64,000 bases of DNA. It comes from an uncultured Ignavibacteriales bacterium (lineage in GTDB: Bacteria > Zixibacteria > MSB-5A5 > GN15 > FEB-12). The translations under genes and the position numbers were made by a program. The notes under the pieces were generated by a model. It saw only the letters and a program-made list of their open reading frames with translations. It was not told the DNA's origin and did no database searches. The DNA is taken from NCBI GenBank assembly GCA_964520865.1, contig CAZFOY010000010.1, positions 4,303 to 68,302 of the forward strand, written 5' to 3'. Shown here piece by piece: positions 57,132-64,000 of this stretch (its first letter is position 1; every line of letters begins with the position of its first letter).

Positions 57132-57926
57132 TTACGAGAGTATCTTACGAGCCGTCAACTCATTAGTCAATTCCAAAAACATCTCGGTGCTCACCTGCTC
57201 GGCGCGAACCCGACTATCCAGTCCCAGAAATGTCAGGATTTCAGTCAACTGCTCAGCTTCAGGTACGATGGATGGCACCAAATTGTTCAGCAGTGTCTTC
57301 CGCCGAAAGGTGAACGACTGCCGAACAACTTTTTCGAACAGATCGTAAGAGCGAATATCCGGTGGCGATTTCGGGGCGAGAATGACAACGGTTGAAGTAA
57401 CTTTGGGCCTCGGCACGAAATGATCAGGGGAAATATCGAAACACACTCTGATATCAAAGTAGAGTTGTGTGAAGATGGCGAGCGAGGACCAGTCTTTATG
57501 GCCGGGGGACGAAGCCAATCGAAGCGCAACTTCCTTCTGCAGCATGTATGTTGCAGACGTGATGTTGTCGTGATGTCGTACCGTCCAGTCGATTACCGGA
57601 GAGCTGATATTATATGGAAGATTCCCGACAAGTTTGAACGGGGCAAAGTCCGGTTCGTATTCGAGAAAGTCACCCTGGATTACCGCGACGTTAGGATGAT
57701 CCTCGAGCAGTACCTTAAGGTATGGGATCAGATCCCGATCGTATTCGACAGCGGTTACTTTCGCCCCCGATTCGGCCAGACTGAGAGTGATTGCGCCCCG
57801 ACCGGGACCGATTTCGATGATCCGTTCGCCTCTCTGCGGATTGATCACCTCGACCAGCTTTCGGATTGTGCCCACCGACTTGATAAAATTCTGACCGAGC
57901 CGCTTTTTGGCGTAGTACCGGGGCAC
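57132..57926 (-). CDS. rsmA: 16S rRNA dimethyladenosine transferase
   Basis: KKRLGQNF, EIGPGRG, VEYD, GDFL, GNLPYNISS, MLQKEVA.R, RRKTLLNNL. Confidence 0.96.
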   Translation of the reverse strand: MPRYYAKKRLGQNFIKSVGTIRKLVEVINPQRGERIIEIGPGRGAITLSLAESGAKVTAVEYDRDLIPYLKVLLEDHPNVAVIQGDFLEYEPDFAPFKLVGNLPYNISSPVIDWTVRHHDNITSATYMLQKEVALRLASSPGHKDWSSLAIFTQLYFDIRVCFDISPDHFVPRPKVTSTVVILAPKSPPDIRSYDLFEKVVRQSFTFRRKTLLNNLVPSIVPEAEQLTEILTFLGLDSRVRAEQVSTEMFLELTNELTARKILS

Positions 57927-57928
57927 GC

Positions 57929-58705
57929 TTAATCTCCGAAAGTCTCGACCAGCCCGTACAACTTGCGGCAGGTACGATCGACAATCTTCTCGATTTCTGC
58001 CCGTCTGACCGACCGAATCTCGGCAAGTTTCTCGTAAACGAAAGCGACCAGTTCCGGGCGGTTTGGTTTGCCTCGAAAGGGTACCGGCGTAAGATACGGC
58101 GAGTCGGTTTCAAGCAACATTTTTTCCAGCGGAGCTTCGGCCGCAAGACGGCTCATGCCCGAATTTTTGTACGTGATAATCCCATTGACCGAAATGTGGA
58201 AGCCGAGCGCAAACACGCGCTCCGCATCTCGCATGTCTCCCTGAAAGCAATGAAATATCCCACCGTTGAGATTCGGCGCGTATTCTTTGACAATGTTAAT
58301 TGTATCTTCGAACGAATCGCGGGTGTGAATGACGACAGGGAGTTGCTTCTCTACGGCGAACCCGAGCTGCCTCACGAACGCTTTCTTCTGCATTTCGCGC
58401 GGCGACAGGTCACGATAATAGTCCAGTCCGATTTCACCGATCGCGACTACTTTGTTTCGATTCGCCAGCTCTTTCAATTCGGAAAACGATGAATCAGTCA
58501 GCGTTCGTGCATCGTGCGGATGCACCCCGACCGTTGCGTATACCCCGGCAAACCTGGAGGCAAGTTCTACCGACTCACGCGATGAGTCCAGGTCCGTTCC
58601 GATATTGACAATCGTGTGCACGCCGGCGTTGGCTGCCGCGGCCACGAGTTCATCGACACTTCCGCTGTTCTTGATAAAATTGAGGTGACAGTGAGAATCG
58701 ATCAT
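57929..58705 (-). CDS. tatD: TatD-family nuclease
   Basis: IDSHCHL, GVHPH, GEIGLDYY, IHTR, FHCF, ETDSPYL. Confidence 0.93.
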   Translation of the reverse strand: MIDSHCHLNFIKNSGSVDELVAAAANAGVHTIVNIGTDLDSSRESVELASRFAGVYATVGVHPHDARTLTDSSFSELKELANRNKVVAIGEIGLDYYRDLSPREMQKKAFVRQLGFAVEKQLPVVIHTRDSFEDTINIVKEYAPNLNGGIFHCFQGDMRDAERVFALGFHISVNGIITYKNSGMSRLAAEAPLEKMLLETDSPYLTPVPFRGKPNRPELVAFVYEKLAEIRSVRRAEIEKIVDRTCRKLYGLVETFGD

Positions 58706-60621
58706 TAACTGATCCTGGCTCCCGCCTCGAGATCCTCGTGCGGCGTGACCAGGGTGAGTTTTTTTCCTTTTTTCGCTGCCAGCAACATGCCGTTCGACTC
58801 GATCCCCCGGATCACCGCCGGTTTCAGGTTGGCGACAACTATGATCTTCATACCGACTATCCGCTCGGGGGAATAGTATTCGGCCACTCCGGCAACGATC
58901 TGGCGCTTCTCATCCCCCAGGCTTATCTGGAGCTTGAGCAATTTGTCCGCTCCCTGCACTTTCTCGGCCGCCAGGACCTCGGCGACCCTGAGCTGCACTT
59001 TGGCGAATTCGGAAATGTCGAGCAATCCATCGGGCGAAGTCGACTTTGCTTCGGTTTCGGCAGGTTTCTCTTTTTGCGGTTTGAGGCGAGGGAAAATACC
59101 CTCGTCGATCGTCACCGCACTTCCCGGTTCAAGTTCAAAGAACTTTCTGGCACTATCCAGATTGAGCGTCGCATCATCGAGGGCGAATACTTTCCGCACC
59201 TCGCGCATTTTATTCGGCATGACCGGGAAGAGGACAATCGAGACTATTCTGATGATCTCCGCGCAGGCGTAGAGAATCCCGCCCATCTCTTCAGTCTTCC
59301 CTTCCTTAGCAAGCATCCACGGAGCTTTGTCATTGAAGAATTTGTTCGCCGACCGTACCAAGGCGAGGGCGTCGCCGATGGCATTGCCGATCTGATAATT
59401 CTTCACATGCCCGTAGGCCTGACCCGGCAGCGCCTCAGCCTGCTCCATCAATGCCTGCAGTCCTTCAATCTGTTTCACGGGCGCCGGCAGCTTGCCGTCG
59501 AAATTACTTACGATCATCTTGGCGACTCGCGAGACCAGATTGCCGAGATCGTTGGCAAGATCCGAATTGTACTGGGTGATAAACCTCTTTGCCTGAATAT
59601 CCCCGTCGATCCCGAACGGATATTGCGTCAGCAGTAGATATCGTGTCCCGTCCGGTCCGAACTCTTTGACCATGTCGTTGGGATCGATCATGTTCCCCAG
59701 AGTTTTCGACATCTTCTCGCCGTCGACCGTGAAAAATCCGTGCAGGAAGATGGTATCGGGTAGTTTCAATCCCGCCGCCATCAGCATGGCCGGCCACCAG
59801 AGGCAGTGAAATTTGAGAATGTCTTTCGCCATCAGGTGAACGACTTCTCCGTTGGTCCACCATTTGTCGAACGACGCTTCGTCGTCGGCATACCCGATCG
59901 CGGAAATGTAATTAGAAAGAGCATCCACCCAGACGTACGCGAGCTGACTCTTGTCGAAGGGCAGTTCGATTCCCCAGGTCACCTGCTCGCGGGAGAGTGA
60001 AAAATCAGGCAGATCCTGATTGATCAGGCCGAGCACTTCACGACGCCGCTCTTCGGGAAGGATGACGAGCTCGTTCGACTCGATCTTCTGTCGTACCTTC
60101 TCCGTGAAGGCGGTGAGTCTGAAGAAGTAGTTCTTCTCTTTAAGCTTCTCCGGCGGAATCTTGTGGTCGGGACAAAGACCATTAACAAGATCCTTTTCGG
60201 TAATGAACTTCTCGCATCCGGTGCAATAGAGCCCTTCGTAATAATCTGAATAGACTACGTCCCTGCCGTCGTCCGTCTTCGCATTTTTCATTGCGTTGAG
60301 AATCTTCCAGACCGCCTTTTTGTGACGATCCGACGTCGTGCGTATGAAATAGTCGTAGTCGACAGAAAGATTCTTCCAGGCGTTCTTGAACGTTTCGACC
60401 GTCTTATCGCAGAATTCAATTTCGGACAGCCCCGCCTTCGTCGCCACCTCGGCCACCTTGGTTCCGTGTTCGTCGGTACCGGTCTGAAAGAACGCTTCGC
60501 GTCCGGCGAGACGGTGGAATCGGGCAATTAGATCTGCCGCGATGGTGGTATAGGCATGCCCGATATGCGGCTTGTCGTTGACGTAGTATATAGGCGTGCT
60601 TATGTAAAATGGTTTGGCCAA
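58705..60621 (-). CDS. metG: Methionine--tRNA ligase with C-terminal OB-fold tRNA-binding domain
   Basis: PHIGHAY, GTDEHG, YVWVDAL, KDILKFH, KMSKT, NDLGNL, DKLLKL; TTG 60621 is 6 nt after GGAG. Confidence 0.97.
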   Translation of the reverse strand: MAKPFYISTPIYYVNDKPHIGHAYTTIAADLIARFHRLAGREAFFQTGTDEHGTKVAEVATKAGLSEIEFCDKTVETFKNAWKNLSVDYDYFIRTTSDRHKKAVWKILNAMKNAKTDDGRDVVYSDYYEGLYCTGCEKFITEKDLVNGLCPDHKIPPEKLKEKNYFFRLTAFTEKVRQKIESNELVILPEERRREVLGLINQDLPDFSLSREQVTWGIELPFDKSQLAYVWVDALSNYISAIGYADDEASFDKWWTNGEVVHLMAKDILKFHCLWWPAMLMAAGLKLPDTIFLHGFFTVDGEKMSKTLGNMIDPNDMVKEFGPDGTRYLLLTQYPFGIDGDIQAKRFITQYNSDLANDLGNLVSRVAKMIVSNFDGKLPAPVKQIEGLQALMEQAEALPGQAYGHVKNYQIGNAIGDALALVRSANKFFNDKAPWMLAKEGKTEEMGGILYACAEIIRIVSIVLFPVMPNKMREVRKVFALDDATLNLDSARKFFELEPGSAVTIDEGIFPRLKPQKEKPAETEAKSTSPDGLLDISEFAKVQLRVAEVLAAEKVQGADKLLKLQISLGDEKRQIVAGVAEYYSPERIVGMKIIVVANLKPAVIRGIESNGMLLAAKKGKKLTLVTPHEDLEAGARIS

Positions 60622-60639
60622 TGTTCGCTCCAATCTGAA

Positions 60640-61551
60640 TCAGTTGACGCTGTCGGAATCATCGAGCCGCTTAAGCTCTTCTTCGGAGCCGACTTCTTCC
60701 TGCAGATCCTCCATCGCGCTCCTCTGTCGTCGGTACTCCGAAGCCTGCTTCGGATCGATCTCCAGAATATCTTCGGCTTTGATCCGAACGAGGTTCCCCT
60801 CCGAATCTCGCACGACCGCTTCTTCGTTGAAAATATCGATTCGCTCAAGAATTCCCCCGCCGGCCCGGGACCGGACCTGGGCACCGGGAGATGGGAATTT
60901 TCGCTTGGTCGTTTCATACATCTCAGCTTCGTATTTCAAACAGCACAACAGGCGGCCGCAGTTGCCGGAGATTTTCGACGGATTCAAAGGTAGGTCTTGT
61001 TCGCGGGCGTGCTGGGTCGAAATCGGGCTGAACTCGCCAATGAATGTATTGCAGCATTGTTGAAGCCCGCAGATTCCCACCCCGCCGATTCTTCTGGCTT
61101 CATCCCGTACGCCTATCTGCCGCAGCTCGATACGGGTTTTGTATCTCGCGGCAAGATCTTTCACCAGTTCCCTGAAGTCCACTCGATGATCGGCGGTGAA
61201 GAAGACGGTCATCTTGTTGCCATCGAACTGCCACTCGACGTCGACCACCTTCATGATCAAACCGTGCTTGCGGATCATGTCGATCACTTCGAACTTGTGT
61301 TGCTTCTCACGAGTCTGCATATCGTGAAATCTTGACATATCTTCGTCCGACGCCCGCCTGAGAATAGAGCGGGGACGCGACGAATCATCGACATGGATCT
61401 CGACTGTAATCTTCTTCGACAGCAGACCGATATCTTCGCCTCGTTCCGCCTGAATAATCACATGATCGTTCGGCTTGAGAGCGTGATAATAAGTATTGAA
61501 AAAGTACTCCTTGCGGGAGCCTTTGAATTCAACCAAATACAATTCAGCCAC
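60640..61551 (-). CDS. PSP1/RicT (YaaT)-family protein
   Basis: VEFK, FTADHRVDFRELVKDLA..YKTRIELRQIGVRDEAR, GICG..CC, KISGNCGRLLCCLKYE. Confidence 0.92.
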   Translation of the reverse strand: MAELYLVEFKGSRKEYFFNTYYHALKPNDHVIIQAERGEDIGLLSKKITVEIHVDDSSRPRSILRRASDEDMSRFHDMQTREKQHKFEVIDMIRKHGLIMKVVDVEWQFDGNKMTVFFTADHRVDFRELVKDLAARYKTRIELRQIGVRDEARRIGGVGICGLQQCCNTFIGEFSPISTQHAREQDLPLNPSKISGNCGRLLCCLKYEAEMYETTKRKFPSPGAQVRSRAGGGILERIDIFNEEAVVRDSEGNLVRIKAEDILEIDPKQASEYRRQRSAMEDLQEEVGSEEELKRLDDSDSVN

Positions 61552-61582
61552 AGATATTACTCCTGACAGGTTGGGCGAGGCG

Positions 61583-62716
61583 TCATACCGGCACCGGGAC
61601 GGTCGTGGTGCGCTTAAGTCTCAGTGCCAAAGCCATTAACGCCCCCGGAATATGCACGTTGCGACGTAAATCTTCAAGCGTATTTTTTATCTCACCAACC
61701 ATAAGCGGCGCGGTCTGAGGGTCCGAAAAACGTGACGCGAGCCTCCTGATGTCGGTTGAGAAATCAATATTGGCAATTCCCTCTTCGTCTCCGGTCACCG
61801 CGAAGTAGGCGCAGTCACGGATCAGACCCTGCCAAACACGAAGCAGCTCTTCGGCTTCGGACCTATCGTTCAGCCTCATCACATCCTGCATCCGGCCGAG
61901 AAGGTCGGGCGAGCTGTCCAGAAACAACGACTTGAACAACAGGAAGATGACGCTTCGCAATGACGATTCGTCTTTCGATTCCTCGATCATATCGATAGCC
62001 CGGCCGATCGACCCCTCAGCTATTCTCGCCAGAAGCTTCGCCTTCTTCTCGGATACTTCGTAATGTTCAATCAAATACTGCTCGATCGAACCGCTCGGAA
62101 TCATGTCGGCCCGCAGCTTGAGTGATCTCGACTGTATCGTCGGCAGCAGCGAGTCCGGTTTGCGACTAATCAGAATCATCACCGTATCCGCCGGCGGTTC
62201 CTCGATCAGCTTCAACAGGGCGTCGGTTGAAGCTGTCTTCATCCGTTCCATCTGATAGAAGATCACAACTCGCGTCATCCCTTCGGAGGACCTCAAACCA
62301 AGCCGTTTCTTGATCTCCCGGGCGACCGATACGGGGATATTGGTTGAAGATTCGGAACTGAGGATAGAAAACGGTTCTTCGCGCTTGCGATCGATAATCT
62401 CGCCAGTCAGATCAATTGCGTTGTCGGCTTTGTTGCCGTGGGGCGGGATGGGAACGGCAAAGTGAAGACCCTCGAACCTGAGTGCAAAGATATTTCGGCA
62501 GTTCCTGCACTCTCCGCACGGCCGAGGCAGCCGGTCTTCAGCATCAAGCACCGGCTTTTCACAATTGAGTAGAGCGCCGAAGCTTATTGCGAGCTGCCAT
62601 CGCCCGACCCCTTCGGGACCATAGAACAAATACGTCCCGGCCGTCTTGCCCGCTTTGAACGATCGGGACAGCAAAGACCAGGCTCGGGTCTGATAGATGA
62701 TGTCAGAAGGAATCAA
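61583..62716 (-). CDS. holB: DNA polymerase III subunit delta'
   Basis: YLFYGPEGVG, PCGECRNC zinc motif, DALLKLIEEPP, LLPTIQSR; precedes ricT. Confidence 0.85.
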   Translation of the reverse strand: MIPSDIIYQTRAWSLLSRSFKAGKTAGTYLFYGPEGVGRWQLAISFGALLNCEKPVLDAEDRLPRPCGECRNCRNIFALRFEGLHFAVPIPPHGNKADNAIDLTGEIIDRKREEPFSILSSESSTNIPVSVAREIKKRLGLRSSEGMTRVVIFYQMERMKTASTDALLKLIEEPPADTVMILISRKPDSLLPTIQSRSLKLRADMIPSGSIEQYLIEHYEVSEKKAKLLARIAEGSIGRAIDMIEESKDESSLRSVIFLLFKSLFLDSSPDLLGRMQDVMRLNDRSEAEELLRVWQGLIRDCAYFAVTGDEEGIANIDFSTDIRRLASRFSDPQTAPLMVGEIKNTLEDLRRNVHIPGALMALALRLKRTTTVPVPV

Positions 62717-63875
62717 GTCGGATCCATTCTACCGGATCGAGGGGATTTCGTCCCTGCCGCAGCTCGAACCTCACCATGCCGTCGTCACCCGAAAGGCCGA
62801 GAGTGGCTCCGGTCAACACGTATTCGCTCGTTTTCACTTTCGGCTGCACCATGCCGGCATACGTCGTATAGTACTGGTCGTCATGGTTAATGATAATGAA
62901 ATTCCCGTATCCGCGCAAATTACCGACATAGGCAATCGTGCCCGAAGCTACCGCTTTGACGGGCGTGCCGGGCTTCCCCTTTATCGTGATTCCTGATGAG
63001 AACGATCGAAGGTTGGTGACTTTGTCAACCTGATCGCCGAAGGTTTGGATTATTTTGCCTCGATACGGCGAGATGAGCTGTCCCCGGAGCGCGGCGAATG
63101 CCGACGGACCCTTGTTTTCTTCGTGACGGGCGATTCGACGCTGCTCCGCTTCCTTCTGAAGCCGGGCGATGATCTCTTCCATATCCCGCGCCGCCTGCTC
63201 GAGCGTCACCATCCGGTCGGCCTCCTGCGTTTTTCGCCTGCGAACCTGCTCAAGGTTCTTTTCCTGCTGCTCCTTTTGAGTAGCCGCCAGGGCGGTCGCC
63301 GTTTCTTTGCTCCTTTTGAGGCTGGTCATCTTCTTGCTCTCACCGTAGAGTTGGTCCCGTTTGTCAAGTGTCTGGGCAAGATACGCCGAGGCATGGAAAA
63401 TCCGTCCCGATTCGAAATGTGCCAGCGCCGTCAGATAGACCACTTTCCTGTTCAAATTCAGTTCTTCATCCGGGCTTTCGGAGATTCCGTGCCCGGCCTC
63501 ATGCGCGGCCAGATAGAACTGCCTGATATTTCCGAGGTAACGTCGGCGCGAAAGATCCAGCTGAAGTTGCTGGTTGTCGAAATCTTCCTGCGTCTTTTTG
63601 ATCTTGCTCTGGATTCCCCTGAGTTCTTTGCCCAGTCTTGTTATCACTTTCCGGTTACTGGAAATGCGCTGATCGGTTTCTGAGATCTGCTTCTGGATCC
63701 CAACCTCGTTCTTCTTCAGCGAGTCGAGCTTCGCCTTGCTCGCTTCAACTTCGGATTTGATCTTCTGCAGCTCCTGTTGTTGATTAAGGATATTCTCCTT
63801 CTGTTTGTCAGCCGACTGCACGGTCACTGACAGGCAGAAAGAGAATAGCAACATTGTAATAACAAGATAGCGCAT
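62703..63875 (-). CDS. envC: EnvC-like murein hydrolase activator (coiled coil plus degenerate M23/LytM domain)
   Basis: Signal peptide, long coiled coil, LytM fold lacking the Zn ligands (SGITI, YAGM, VRFE), NPLDPVEWI; downstream of ftsX. Confidence 0.82.
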   Translation of the reverse strand: MRYLVITMLLFSFCLSVTVQSADKQKENILNQQQELQKIKSEVEASKAKLDSLKKNEVGIQKQISETDQRISSNRKVITRLGKELRGIQSKIKKTQEDFDNQQLQLDLSRRRYLGNIRQFYLAAHEAGHGISESPDEELNLNRKVVYLTALAHFESGRIFHASAYLAQTLDKRDQLYGESKKMTSLKRSKETATALAATQKEQQEKNLEQVRRRKTQEADRMVTLEQAARDMEEIIARLQKEAEQRRIARHEENKGPSAFAALRGQLISPYRGKIIQTFGDQVDKVTNLRSFSSGITIKGKPGTPVKAVASGTIAYVGNLRGYGNFIIINHDDQYYTTYAGMVQPKVKTSEYVLTGATLGLSGDDGMVRFELRQGRNPLDPVEWIRLDSF

Positions 63876-63876
63876 A

Positions 63877-64000
63877 TCAGGTCCTGAGTAATTTTCTTAT
63901 ACCCAAAAAGCCGCTAACGAGTCCGAGCAGAGCGGCCAGTCCGCAGTAGATAAAGATTTGTTCGAGATTCGGAAAGACGATCGTGATCTGCGTGAAGTCG
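63877..64000 (-). CDS. ftsX: C-terminal fragment of an FtsX-like permease (runs off the window)
   Basis: My translation of the minus strand: DFTQITIVFPNLEQIFIYCGLAALLGLVSGFLGIRKLLRT*, a final TM helix ending 1 nt before the envC ATG. Confidence 0.6.
   Translation of the reverse strand, partial: DFTQITIVFPNLEQIFIYCGLAALLGLVSGFLGIRKLLRT

Noticed and set aside
62620-62660. Degenerate Walker A (GVGRW) in HolB
   Set aside because: Delta' subunits normally have a non-functional P-loop.
62703-63050. Loss of Zn ligands in the M23 domain
   Set aside because: Expected for EnvC-type amidase activators next to ftsX.
1-64000. tRNA, rRNA, transposase, integrase or prophage genes
   Set aside because: None recognised by eye; intergenic gaps are short. 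tRNAscan-SE and Rfam scans would be needed to exclude small RNAs.

Overview
Chromosomal core-genome window from a diderm bacterium with roughly 55-60% GC by eye. Gene content (PorXY-like pair, PorZ-like protein, PASTA-bearing FtsI, gingipain-like C25 protein with a Por-type C-terminal domain) points to the FCB superphylum outside classical Bacteroidota, possibly Zixibacteria-like; this taxonomy is inference. Left to right: a polyamine operon (speD, fold-III ornithine decarboxylase, speE, class I GATase) behind a structured leader; a GTAG/REP-like hairpin cluster; an unknown outer-membrane beta-barrel; mazG; valS; a CPA2 antiporter; a long minus-strand operon (serS-porY-porX-tsaE-tsaB-rimI-accD-folC) running into two cytoplasmic GAF histidine kinases, a sigma-54 activator and a degenerate GGDEF protein; rpmB; an orphan minimal flagellin; the dcw cluster mraZ to ftsZ; a C25 peptidase; and a minus-strand block ftsX-envC-holB-ricT-metG-tatD-rsmA-pdxJ-like-rluD-SagB-like-purM-gpmI-lnt-porZ-GNAT-GT4-GT4. 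I saw no rRNA, tRNA, CRISPR array, transposase or prophage gene. Best leads: (1) an lnt-porZ-FemAB/GNAT-GT4-GT4 module next to a C25 protease, resembling a type IX secretion attachment/linker-glycan system; (2) a PdxJ homolog that has lost most catalytic residues but keeps a strong RBS; (3) a kinase-kinase-sigma-54 activator cascade with a dead GGDEF protein that keeps its RxxD c-di-GMP site, plus similar -24/-12 motifs before that gene and the flagellin; (4) a switch-like speD leader; (5) a probable ATC start codon for murE. Product calls rest on motif recognition from memory, not database searches.
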